Positions 36,723-46,793 are shown, numbered from the stretch's first letter. The stretch is DNA of 64,000 bases from Deltaproteobacteria bacterium (GCA_034670305.1 JAXMNT010000006.1:64001-128000), one strand, 5' to 3'. A program made the numbers and translations. Notes: a model not told the origin generated them from the sequence alone.

Positions 36723-39700
36723 ATGCGAAGTCCCCGGTGGTTGCCCCTCGTCGTCGTCCTCCTTTTTGCCGCGTGTGGTGACGACGGTCCCGTGGGCGGC
36801 GATGGCGGGCCCGGCTGCCCTGATGCGGGCTGTGACGACGGGCTCTTCTGCAATGGTCCCGAGTCGTGCGTCGATGGGGCGTGTGTTGTGGGGGCCCCTC
36901 CCTGCGCGGCCGAGATGTGCGTCGAAGCTACGCGGACCTGTGAAGTCTCGGAATGCGACGCGGACGGCGACGGACGGGACGCGACCTCCTGCGGCGGCGA
37001 CGACTGCGACGATGCGGATCCGGACCGCTTCCCCGGCAACATCGAGGTGTGCGACGCGGAGGGCCACGACGAAGATTGCGACCCGGCGACCCTTGGCACC
37101 GACCGCGACGGAGACGGCTTCGTGAGCGTCGATTGCTGCAACGGCAGCGAGTGTGGGCTCGACTGCGACGACACGCTCCGAGGCTCGTTCCCCGGCAGCA
37201 CTGAGACCTGCAACGGAAACGACGACGACTGCGACGGGGCGATCGACGAAGGTGTGCTGCGGAACTTCTACCCGGATCTCGACGGCGATGGTTTCGGGGA
37301 CGAGAGCGCGACGCCCATCACCGCGTGTATGCCTCCGGCCGACCACGTCGAAGACGACCGCGACTGCGACGACGAGGAGGTGCTCTCCAACCCGGGCACC
37401 AGCGAAGGCTGCGACGGAATCGACAACGACTGCGATGGCGCCGTCGACGAAGCCGGGGTGGTCCGCTGGTACCGCGATGTTGACGGGGACGGGTTCGGCG
37501 ACGCCGGCGACTTCATCGACATCGAGGGCTGCGAGGTGCCGCCCGGCCGGGTGCTGCCCATGACCGACTGCGACGATGCCTTGGACACCACCCACCCGGG
37601 CGCGGAGGAATCCTGCGACCGCATCGACTCGGACTGCAGCTTCGTGGCCGACCGCGGCGGCGTCGACCCCGGCGAAGACCGGGACGGAGACATGCACGCA
37701 CCCCTGGGCGCGATCTGCCCGGGCGGCGGCTACCCGACCGACGACTGCGACGATCTAGACCCGGCGGCCTTTCCCGGCCAACGCGAGATCTGCAGCGGAA
37801 GCGACCAGGACTGCGACGGCACCGTGGACGAAGGCGGCGCGCTGTACTGCGGGCACGCCACTCGGTGCGACGCGGGAAGCTGCGTCTCCGAGCGGCAGAT
37901 CTCCGGCTGGAACGGCGGTGAGACCTTCGTGCTGACCGGACCCTTCACGGGGTTCGGCGTCGACCACCATGCGTGGGAGATGTGCGTCTTGCGCGACGGG
38001 GTGCCGCACTGCTTTGGCAACCGCTGCGGTGGGGACAGCGGGTTCGTCGGCGTCACGTGCGAAGGCACGAACGCGCCCATCGGAGTGCATCCGTTCCGAG
38101 CGGTGCGTCACCCCGAATGGCCGGCAGGCACGATGGCGGAGGAGATCGCCGTCGGACTGGATCACACCTGCGCACGCGTTGCGGGACGCGTGCTCTGCTG
38201 GGGCGACAACAGCGCTGGGCAACTGGGAGACGGCACGACGACAGCATCGAGTGCGCCCGTCGCGGTGGCCCTGCCGGCCGACGATGCCGTCGCGCTAAGC
38301 GCGGGCGACCACTTCAGCTGCGCCATTCGCCGAGACCGCACGGTGGCCTGTTGGGGGACCGGCGAAGAGCGTGCGCTCGGCAGCCCCATCAGCGGGTTCT
38401 CGAGCGAGCCTGTCGCGGTGCCCGGCATTGCCGGTGCGATCGCGATTGCGAGCGGCCGCCGGCATACGTGCGTTCGGCACGACGACGAATCGATCTCCTG
38501 CTGGGGCGCCAACAACCGCGGGCAGGTCGGGACGTCTGCCAGCGAGTTCGAGCTGCCGGCCGAGGTGGTGGGCCTCTCGGGCGTCCGTGCGCTCAGTGCC
38601 GGAACAGAATCGACGTGTGTGCTGCTCGCCACGGGACAAGTGCAGTGCCTCGGAAACGCGTTCATCCCGGACATCACGCGCGCCGACCTCGTCGACGTCG
38701 CGGCCAGCCGAGAGGGAGCGATCGCGCGCGCCAGCGACGGTCGGGTGGAAGGCTACGGCAGCGCACGCAATGGGCTTCAGGCGGTCGACCCGATCCCGGA
38801 CGACGGCGGCACCGATGAGGCAGTCGTGGCGGGCGTCGGCGCCGAACAGGTGGCCGTGAGCGCCAAAGTCGCCTGTGCGCTCCAGTCCGACGGGAGCGTT
38901 CACTGCTGGGGCGACGTCGACGGCCGCTTCGTCGACTTCGTCCCTGGAAATGCCAGCGGCTTCGTAGAGGTCGCCTCTACTTTCCAGCTCGGATGTGGTC
39001 GCACGGCCGCCGGCCGGGTCTCGTGCTGGGGCGGGCTCGCATCCAGCCGATACCTCGCGCCCGTGGACATGGGGCTGAGCGACGTGGTCTCGATCCAAGC
39101 GGCCGGCATGATGGCGTGTGCGCTCTCGTCGGCGGGCAACCTCGACTGCTGGGGCCGCGGGCCCTTCCAATTCGACACGGTGTCCAGTCTGACCAGCTTC
39201 GACCCGGTCCGCGTGATGGGCATTCAAGCCCGGCTCTTCGCGATGGACGGGCAGGAGTCCTCCCAGGCGACCCTCTGTGCCGTCCGCCCCGACGAGACGC
39301 TGGTGTGCTGGGGAGACAGCATGGACGACGCCGGTGAGGAGGTGGCCATTCCGACGGGGACGGCGCGGATCGAGCGCTTGGCCATCGCGAACCGCGAGGG
39401 TGGATGCGTGGTGGCCGGAGGTGCGGTGCTCTGCTTCGGAAGCCCGACCGATACCCACCCTGGCATGCCTGACGGCGCGGTCAGCGATGCACTCACGCCG
39501 GTTCCCGGCATCACCGACGCGGTCGACGTCGCCATCGGTCAGCGACACATCTGCGTGGCGCACGCGACCGGCGCGGTCTCTTGCTGGGGCAGCGACGCGA
39601 ACGACCAGTTCGGCGACGTGGGCTTCTCTGCGGAGACGAACGTGCCGCAGAACGTTCTGGGACTCAGCGGCGTGGTCGAGATCGACGCGGGGGGCACCGG

Positions 39701-39953
39701 GACCTGCGCGCGCAACGCGGCGGGCGAGGTGCGGTGCTGGGGCGACCTGCTCTCCTGGAACCGGCCCCCGAGCGGTCGGATTGCGGTGGGCCACGAAGTC
39801 CCCACCCACTTGCCGGGCGCGGACGGAGCCACGCAAGTCGTGGTCACCCTCAACGGCGCGGCCGCCCTCGTCGACGGCACCGTCGCGGGCATGGGCCGCA
39901 ACGCCGAAGAACGCTTCGGCTTCGGCCGCCTCATCCCCGTCACACTTCCCTGA
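36723..39953 (+). CDS. Large lipoprotein: Cys/Asp-rich putative metal-binding repeats plus RCC1-like beta-propeller repeats
   Basis: LFAAC lipobox, several DCDD....PG..E.C.G.D.DCDG..DE repeats, then HTCA....V.CWG.N..GQLG repeats. Confidence 0.88.
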   Translation: MRSPRWLPLVVVLLFAACGDDGPVGGDGGPGCPDAGCDDGLFCNGPESCVDGACVVGAPPCAAEMCVEATRTCEVSECDADGDGRDATSCGGDDCDDADPDRFPGNIEVCDAEGHDEDCDPATLGTDRDGDGFVSVDCCNGSECGLDCDDTLRGSFPGSTETCNGNDDDCDGAIDEGVLRNFYPDLDGDGFGDESATPITACMPPADHVEDDRDCDDEEVLSNPGTSEGCDGIDNDCDGAVDEAGVVRWYRDVDGDGFGDAGDFIDIEGCEVPPGRVLPMTDCDDALDTTHPGAEESCDRIDSDCSFVADRGGVDPGEDRDGDMHAPLGAICPGGGYPTDDCDDLDPAAFPGQREICSGSDQDCDGTVDEGGALYCGHATRCDAGSCVSERQISGWNGGETFVLTGPFTGFGVDHHAWEMCVLRDGVPHCFGNRCGGDSGFVGVTCEGTNAPIGVHPFRAVRHPEWPAGTMAEEIAVGLDHTCARVAGRVLCWGDNSAGQLGDGTTTASSAPVAVALPADDAVALSAGDHFSCAIRRDRTVACWGTGEERALGSPISGFSSEPVAVPGIAGAIAIASGRRHTCVRHDDESISCWGANNRGQVGTSASEFELPAEVVGLSGVRALSAGTESTCVLLATGQVQCLGNAFIPDITRADLVDVAASREGAIARASDGRVEGYGSARNGLQAVDPIPDDGGTDEAVVAGVGAEQVAVSAKVACALQSDGSVHCWGDVDGRFVDFVPGNASGFVEVASTFQLGCGRTAAGRVSCWGGLASSRYLAPVDMGLSDVVSIQAAGMMACALSSAGNLDCWGRGPFQFDTVSSLTSFDPVRVMGIQARLFAMDGQESSQATLCAVRPDETLVCWGDSMDDAGEEVAIPTGTARIERLAIANREGGCVVAGGAVLCFGSPTDTHPGMPDGAVSDALTPVPGITDAVDVAIGQRHICVAHATGAVSCWGSDANDQFGDVGFSAETNVPQNVLGLSGVVEIDAGGTGTCARNAAGEVRCWGDLLSWNRPPSGRIAVGHEVPTHLPGADGATQVVVTLNGAAALVDGTVAGMGRNAEERFGFGRLIPVTLP

Positions 39954-40026
39954 CAGGCAGTTCTACGGGACTACGGATGGCCCACCGGTTCCCACCAGCA
40001 GTCCGGGGCCCGGATCCCTCAGCACC

Positions 40027-43000
40027 ATGGAGTACGGCGCGCTCTGCACCCAGAGCTGCGACCCACTGGACAACGGAAGCTTCGGTGACCCGGACATCTC
40101 CCGGACGCCCTACGACTCGGCCATCTTTGAAGACACGTGCGCGTGGGCGTTCGTCGACGGCCATGGGCGGGGCATCGACCAGGTCCTCCACAACGCACGC
40201 CCGGGCGTCTCCGGGACGGTGGAGGAGTACTACCGGCTCTGGACCGCCTACCGCGCGGACGGATCTGTGCTCTCGGTCACCCGCGCGGAGACCGCCACCA
40301 CGGATCCGGACGACCGCACCGCAGTCGTAGGCAGCGACGGCGAGTCCCACACCCTCACCCGCACCTTCCTCTACGACTCCCTCGGACGCCGCATCGCTGG
40401 CACCGATCCAGACAGCGACGGCCGGGGAGGTACGGAGGACGAACGTCGCTGGCGCTACCTCTACAGCCGCGTGGGCGATCTCGTCGCGGTGCGTGATCCC
40501 CGCGGTTGCGGCGCGAACTTCTACTACGACCGCGCTGGCCGTCTGCTCGGCGAGGACTACGTCACCTGCGGCGAAGCCCAGCACAGCTTCGAGGACCCAA
40601 ACGAGGCGCTCCCGGATACAGGCGCAGTCGGCCTCGGCAACCTCGAGATGCCCGGCCTGCAGCAGGTGGACGCGCGCTACTACTTCGACGTTGCGCCATC
40701 GTTCGCGACGGGCGACATGTCGCCGCCCTCCGGCACGAACTTCCTTGGCAGACTGACGGGCTCGAGCGACCGCGGGCAGCGCTCGGTCGTCGACTACGAC
40801 GATCGAGGAAGGGCCTATTGGTCCGCTCGCCAGATGGCGCTGCTCCCCGACGCGTTGACCATCCCCGCCACACTCAGCGGCGACGACCCTGTGCTCTACG
40901 ACGAAGGCGACCTAGGGAGCGTACCGCTGCGCGAATGGGACACCGAACACACCTACGTCTCGACCACGCTCTTCAACCGTTTGGACATGGTCGTCGATCG
41001 CACCTACCCGACCGACCCGGACTGGGATGGCGTCGGCACCGCGCCGGTTGTTCGCGGCACCATGCTCTACAACCGCCGCGGACTGCCCCAGCGTGCGGAA
41101 GTGCACCTCGACAGCTTCTCGCAGCGGGTGGTGGACAACAACTACGACGAGAACGGCCTGCTGCACATCGCGTACTTCGGAACGATTCCGGGCACGCTCG
41201 GCTACAACATCTACACGCTCATCGACTACGACGAGCGTCTGCGTCCCACGCGCTGGCGACACACCCGCCACCCCGACCTGCAGCAAGGCTCGTTGCCGGA
41301 ACTGACCGCGTACGGCGAGATCATCGACAACCGGTACTTCTGGGACGCGGCCAACAACTTGGCTTTGGTCCAGAACCGAAGTGCGAGCACCGCGGACGAA
41401 CAGGAGGCCCGCGACTATCTGGTCCACCAAGACGCGCTCTACCGCGTCAACATGATCGAGTACGAATACCGCCCCGAGACCGGTACCCCGGACAACGTCG
41501 CCGACGCCACCGACTGGCGCGACACCCAGGCGGCGAACATCGGCGCCGATCCCATGCGCCGCGAACCCGCGCCGATGTTGCCGACCATGGAGGCCGAGCG
41601 GGTCAAGACGCTCGAGTACCGGCACGACTGGCTCGCGAACCAGGTGTCGTGGATCGACGACACGCTCGGCACCAGCGGCGAAGGCAACTCCTTCTACGAG
41701 CGCAGCATCGGCCAAGAAGGCCAGCTCGTGAACGGCGCGGACGAAGACATCGGCGCGCTCCGGCCGGCCGCGCTCTACTTCTCCGCCCAGCTCCCGACCT
41801 CCGCACCAAGCTTCGACGCGGGCATCGACCGCGGCGGCTGGGTCGACCTCGAGTACGGCGAGAGCGGCAACGTCGAGGAGATGACCGTGCGCGCCCGCTG
41901 CCACGACGCGAGCGCGATGGACGTCTGCTACGACGACACGTCGCTGGCGCTCAGCAGCCGCGAAACCCACGCCATCGCCCACTGCCGCTGCGACCGAGAG
42001 CAGCACTACCAGTACCGCTGGGACGAACTGAACCGCTTGGCAGAAGCCCGCCGCTACGACCGAGCCGGGACGGGCGTCTGGACCTTGGAGGCGAGGCAGC
42101 GCTACCGCTACGACGCCGGCAACGTCCGCACCGTCAAGCTCACGTCATCGGGAGGCATCGACCGAGCGTCGCTCTACGTGTTGCCCGGCGACTTCGAGCG
42201 ACGCGGCGTCGCGGTCGATCGCGACGTCATGTTGGGCGACGCCTGGCGACCGGCCGCAGGCGTCAACGCCGAGTCGCAGTACCTGGTGGCCGGCGCGCGC
42301 GTCGTTTGGAAACACGACATGCCGCTGGGGAGTGGTGGGAGCGGCTTCGAGACCGACGCGCGGATCACGGTGCCGTTGCCGGATCTCTTGCAGACGACGG
42401 TAGCGACCGTGGACCTGATCAGCGGCGAGCTGCTCGAGGTCGGCACGTTCTACCCGTCCGGGAACCGGGAGACGCTGCGGGGCCGCGACAGCAGCGGGGA
42501 CGGGCAGACGTTCCAGCTGGAGCCGATGGGGTTCACCGGGAAGGAAGGCGACGACGAGGTCGGGCTGGTCTACTTCGGGGAGCGGTATCTGATGCCGCAT
42601 CTGGGGCGGTGGGCCAGTGCGGACCCGTTGCAGGTGCATGCCGGTGGCGGTGGGGAGTTTGGGAACTCGTTCCACTACGTCGCAGGCAACTTGCTGCAGG
42701 CGCGAGACCCGACTGGTCTGGACTTCACGGAGGCAGGCAACGACTCCGAAGGCAACGCACAGTTCGTAGGGAGTTGGGAGAACGCGCAAGGCGAGCGAGT
42801 CGCAACGGAAGTTTGCTCGGGCGCTGCAGGGGCCTGCTTGAACCAGTTTCAAGACCAGGCGTTCCGTTCTGGATTCACGAGTCAGTATGACGCACTTGTT
42901 CAGGCGTTTGCAGACTTACAGTCGGCGATAAGTAGGATCGACGATCCTAACGTGCGCGCCATGCTCCTGACTAGCGCGGCTCAGGCAATGGCGCATGGAA

Positions 43001-43203
43001 TCGCGCGCGGACTTGCCGAGGGAGCTGCGCGGGACATCGCGGAAACAAGTCTGTACTGGATTCGAGGAATGACCGGTGCAGGAGAGGTGCTTCAATCCGA
43101 CTATGACGGAGGGCGAGCGACTGCGGATCTCGTGATAGCGCTTCTGGGGTCCGTCGCTGGACGGGCCTTATCTGTCGCGACAAGGCAGGGGGGAGGGCTG
43201 TAA
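40027..43203 (+). CDS. Rhs/YD-repeat protein, N-terminally truncated (orphan); toxin tip continues out of frame
   Basis: YDSLGR, YDRAGRL, YRWDELNRL, FTGKE.D...GLVYFGERY..P.LGRW.S.DP and DPTGL (42706-42720). Rhs-like sequence starts abruptly near 39955; first ATG is 40027. Confidence 0.85.
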   Translation: MEYGALCTQSCDPLDNGSFGDPDISRTPYDSAIFEDTCAWAFVDGHGRGIDQVLHNARPGVSGTVEEYYRLWTAYRADGSVLSVTRAETATTDPDDRTAVVGSDGESHTLTRTFLYDSLGRRIAGTDPDSDGRGGTEDERRWRYLYSRVGDLVAVRDPRGCGANFYYDRAGRLLGEDYVTCGEAQHSFEDPNEALPDTGAVGLGNLEMPGLQQVDARYYFDVAPSFATGDMSPPSGTNFLGRLTGSSDRGQRSVVDYDDRGRAYWSARQMALLPDALTIPATLSGDDPVLYDEGDLGSVPLREWDTEHTYVSTTLFNRLDMVVDRTYPTDPDWDGVGTAPVVRGTMLYNRRGLPQRAEVHLDSFSQRVVDNNYDENGLLHIAYFGTIPGTLGYNIYTLIDYDERLRPTRWRHTRHPDLQQGSLPELTAYGEIIDNRYFWDAANNLALVQNRSASTADEQEARDYLVHQDALYRVNMIEYEYRPETGTPDNVADATDWRDTQAANIGADPMRREPAPMLPTMEAERVKTLEYRHDWLANQVSWIDDTLGTSGEGNSFYERSIGQEGQLVNGADEDIGALRPAALYFSAQLPTSAPSFDAGIDRGGWVDLEYGESGNVEEMTVRARCHDASAMDVCYDDTSLALSSRETHAIAHCRCDREQHYQYRWDELNRLAEARRYDRAGTGVWTLEARQRYRYDAGNVRTVKLTSSGGIDRASLYVLPGDFERRGVAVDRDVMLGDAWRPAAGVNAESQYLVAGARVVWKHDMPLGSGGSGFETDARITVPLPDLLQTTVATVDLISGELLEVGTFYPSGNRETLRGRDSSGDGQTFQLEPMGFTGKEGDDEVGLVYFGERYLMPHLGRWASADPLQVHAGGGGEFGNSFHYVAGNLLQARDPTGLDFTEAGNDSEGNAQFVGSWENAQGERVATEVCSGAAGACLNQFQDQAFRSGFTSQYDALVQAFADLQSAISRIDDPNVRAMLLTSAAQAMAHGIARGLAEGAARDIAETSLYWIRGMTGAGEVLQSDYDGGRATADLVIALLGSVAGRALSVATRQGGGL

Positions 43204-43697
43204 GGGCAGGCGCTGATGTCGCGCGAGAAACGGTCGGAAGAAGGCAAACAAATCTCCCACTTAGACGTCAGTCTCAACGAAACAACTGCGTCGGAACTGT
43301 CTGCGGAATGATTCTTGACCGGCGCGACCCGGATCGTGTGATGACTGAGCTCGGTAAATACGTCGGACCCGGAGCCAATCCTGAAGGGGTGCCTGTCACT
43401 CGCTTGGTCAGTCTACTGCGTTCCAATAATATTAACGCCATGTTGCGGAGAGGATTAAGCACCAGTCAACTGGAGGATCTATCCAATTCCCCCCGTTCGA
43501 TCGTCGCGGTGATTCGATCCTCAACCGACCCCGACCTGAACCACGTCGTCATCGTGGATGGCCTCACCCAACGCGGGGGTAGGAGCGTAGTTGCTATCCG
43601 AGATCCTGGAACTGGGACTGCATACTTTGAATCGCTGACATCGTTTAGGAGGCGGTTTAGACAAGCCGGCTCGACGTATGTTAGCATTCTTGAATGA
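43188..43697 (+). pseudogene. Papain-fold/peptidase C39-like toxin tip of the Rhs protein (frameshifted)
   Basis: LPLRRQSQRNNCVGTVCGMIL...NHVVIVDG...IRDP gives Gln, Cys, His, Asp in C39 order. Joined to the Rhs frame by adding one G in the G6 run at 43188-43193. Confidence 0.7.
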
Positions 43698-44017
43698 AAC
43701 GATTTACGGGAACGCTCCGCGTAGACCTGCGTAGCAACGCCACTCTAGAACTTGAGAATCGTGGAGAAGTGCGCGTTGTCGCTCCAGTATTGATTGAATA
43801 TGCAATTTGTTCGGTGATCACACGGACTGGACCTCTGGCGATACTCGAGCCTGCTACAGTGTCGGGGATAGATGCTGGTTCCGCCATCCGTGATGTGATA
43901 GAGATCGTGATTGTCCAACATCCTGGTGTCGAAATTCGAGTGTTTGATCTCGAAAGATTGAAGTACACGGATCCCAAGTTGAGTGTTGTTGATGGCGTGG
44001 TTGTATTTGGCGCATAG
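43694..44017 (+). CDS. Putative cognate immunity protein
   Basis: 107-aa low-GC ORF overlapping the toxin-tip stop (ATGA). Function inferred from position only. Confidence 0.6.
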   Translation: MKRFTGTLRVDLRSNATLELENRGEVRVVAPVLIEYAICSVITRTGPLAILEPATVSGIDAGSAIRDVIEIVIVQHPGVEIRVFDLERLKYTDPKLSVVDGVVVFGA

Positions 44018-44035
44018 ATGTTGGCGGCCGTTGCC

Positions 44036-44926
44036 AGCAGCAGATCCGCCGGGTACAAGTCACGGTCTGGGAAGCGCTTCGCTTTGCTCCGTCCCGGGGA
44101 CTCCCTCCTGGCACGTTTTGAACGTGGTTTGAGCGTCTGATTGGGCTCGTTGCGCCCTTGCTTCGCGTGTCGCTCAGTCCGCTGGGCCGGATTCGGGCTT
44201 CCCAAGCTCTGTTTCGGTGCTTCGGCGTATCTGCCTCTTGCTCCGGACAGGTGTCTCAGCAGATCCGTCCCAGGTGCTCGCACTCCGGTCGGTCTCTGAA
44301 GGACCACTTTGGCTGGTGGGCATGTTTCTCCGCGCAGCAGCAGATCCGTCCCAGGTGCTCGGTGCAAGCAGCAGATCCGTCCCAGGTGCTCGCACTCAGG
44401 TTGGTCTCTGAAGGACCATTTTCACTGGCGGGCATGTTCTGAAGCGGGGAGAGCTGCTCTGCGCCTGTCACCGGCGAAGGAGCGCTTCGCGCGCTCCGTC
44501 CGGGGGACTCGCTTCTGGCACGGTTTTGAACGTGCTCTGAGGGTGTCGTTGGGTGGGTCGCGTCCTTGCTCGGCTCGTCGCTCGGTTCGCTCGGGCCGGG
44601 AATCGGGGTCCCGAACCTCTGTTTCGTGGGTTCTGCGACCTTGCGTCTTGCTTCGGACGTAGGTGTGCGCGGCTCGGGCTGTTGCCGGGCCGCGCTGTGG
44701 CTCTTGAAGCCCGCTGAGGTGGTTCAGTCGGGGTCTTCGTCGGCTCGAGGAGTTCCGCCTGGTCTGAGGAGGTCTCGGCGGACGGTGACTCGGTCGGTGT
44801 CGCTCAGGCCTCCCCCGCCAGCAGATCCGTCCCAGGTGCTCGCACTCAGGTTGGTCTCCTAAGGACCATTTTCACTGGTGGGCATGTTTCGAAGCAGGGA
44901 GAGCTGCTCTGCGCCGGTCACCGGCG
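44036..44926. repeat. Non-coding modular repeat array (REP/REPIN-like) downstream of the HUH transposase
   Basis: 24-mer CAGCAGATCCGTCCCAGGTGCTCG exact at 44257, 44338, 44369 and 44819. ~108-bp module at 44369-44476 and 44819-44926, partial at 44257-44328. ~175-bp diverged module at 44073-44248 and 44481-44658. Confidence 0.9.
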
Positions 44927-45042
44927 GCCCCGAATGTCGTGAACGAGACCCAGTTCTGCTCGGCCTGCGCTCGATCTGGGACTGCGGACGCAACGATGCG
45001 CCGCGCGGGACTCACGCACCGTGTTCGCAAACGCGGATGTGG

Positions 45043-46458
45043 CTACTGGGGTGGGTCGGAAGTCCCGAGTGGCCGGTCGCAAATCCGGGGTGGTCGGTCG
45101 GCACCTTCGGCGGCCTTGGTCGCTTCGGCTGATGCGCGTGGTCGACCACGTCGGGCGTCTCTCATGACGACGACGCGGCGGGCCTCGCTGGGCTGATTCT
45201 TGTCGAAGCTTCCTCTTGGGGGCACGGCCCCCAAACCCCGTCCGGTGACACCGCTGGCTCGCTTCGCGAGGCTGCGCGCTGTCGGGTGCTCGACCTGCGC
45301 TTCGGGTCGGTCGCTTTTCTCGAGCAACTCGGCCGGGACGCGCGGGGGCTCCGGTACGAACTCCATCGCTTCGGCGCGCACGACAGCCGCGGCCTCGTCC
45401 CTGAACGCGGTGCCGACTTCGGCAAGGACGCGCGCGACCTGTTCGTCGTCGGCGATGACGGGGTTCAGCCGGAGTTCGGCCTTCACCTCGTCCAAGGTGG
45501 GCTCGGGACCGGTGATGAGCAGGGCCGGATCGGCGGGCTCGACGTCGATCGGGAAGAGCTTCCGCATCTTGTACGTGCCGTACGGAAACGGGATCGGGTC
45601 GCCGGCGCGGAGCGCTTTCACACCAGCGCGGTGGGTGCGCCGAAACGTGGTGACCTCCGTCTTGGCTTGGATGTGCACGCGGCGTCCGGTGATCCCGGAG
45701 GCACCTTGCTTGTAGCTCGGAATGACTTCGCCGCCGGCCGTCCGACGGGTGCGGGGCTCGCTGTACGGGTGGATGCGTTTGATGCGTTGCACACCCATCA
45801 CCGGCCACTTGCGGGCCGCGTTCAGAGCTCGGATCGCTTCTCTCTGCAGCCGGCGCATGTAGTAGATCAGCTGGTCGAGATCGCCGTTGAACTTGCGGTA
45901 CAACCGGGCGGGCGGATTGAACCACACGTTGACGTACTCGTCGCGCAGCCTCGGATCGAAGTAGAACTCTGGACGCCGCACGCGGATGGGGAGCCCCTTC
46001 CACAACGAGAAGTCGAACACGAAGCCCGGCATGTCTTCGGGCCGCCTCACGAGACCAGCGGCGACGCATTGCACGGACTCGTAGACGAGGTGTGCGGCCT
46101 GCGCTTCGGCATCGAGCAGCCGCATGTGGTGGGTCGCACGGTCGTCGAAGATCTGACCCGGCTGGTCGTACCGCTCCCGGCCGAGCAGCGTGTTGAGCGC
46201 GCAACTCAGCTCGCCATGAAACAGCCGAAGGAACTCCGGGCGCTTCTCCTCGTTGTCGGTGAGGTCGAGGTGGTGGTGGTTGATGACCTTGGTCGCGCAG
46301 TGGAGTGAGACCCCCGTCTGCTGCTGCGCATGCCCCAGCGCGTACAGCCAAGCCTGGTCCACACCCGGATGCCAAGGAGCGAGGAACGCCTTCCGAAAGT
46401 TCGTACGACGCGTCAGCGCATAGCTCGCACCGCGTACGACTGGCCGTGCAGGAGACAC
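45043..46458 (-). mobile_element. HUH Y1 transposase, REP-associated (RAYT)/IS200-like
   Basis: N-terminal RPVVRGASYALTRRT, HUH motif INHHHL, and catalytic-Tyr region LVYESVQCVAAGLVRRPEDMPG (cf. Y...NPV.AGLV..P.DW). Start codon uncertain. Confidence 0.8.
45215..45286 (+). repeat. Triple-hairpin dispersed element, copy 3, inside the transposase 3' region
   Basis: Matches 33693-33765 with few differences. Read antisense in frame as TARSLAKRASGVTGRGLGAVPPR. Confidence 0.9.
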
Positions 46459-46585
46459 GCTTCGCACAGAGCACACCCCGTACCGTCTCCGTTTCTCAGA
46501 CGTTTCAACAATTTCGGCTGGCGCCCGCCACCCAACCGCCGGCGGCCCGCCACCCCGAACGGCTGCGACCCAGGCAACAGACTTT

Positions 46586-46624
46586 CGAGCACCTGGGACT
46601 GATGAGCGCGGACGCACTCATCAG
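46586..46624. repeat. Inverted copy of the repeat core plus a hairpin upstream of the transposase
   Basis: CGAGCACCTGGGAC (46586-46599) is the exact reverse complement of 44829-44842, followed by a CTGATGAG-N10-CTCATCAG stem. Confidence 0.8.
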
Positions 46625-46793
46625 CGCGGACGCACGCGGCACATGCACAAGTTCATGAAATCGCGGTGCTGAACGGAGAACGTGTGTTTGGCTCATTGAT
46701 CTCGCGAGTGGGGATCGTCACCTCGGAACATGGGACACTTCTGGTCCGAGCACCAGTTCGCGGAGCAGTCGAAGTGCTCGGTAGGTTTCGGCC

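Noticed and set aside
44109-44532. TGGCACG motifs in module Y as sigma54 promoters
   Set aside because: The -12 position reads TTGAA rather than TTGC, the spacing differs between copies, and no downstream gene fits.
44257-44842. 24-bp direct repeats as a CRISPR array
   Set aside because: Start-to-start spacing is irregular (81, 31 and 450 bp), the intervening sequences are themselves repeated, and there are no cas genes.
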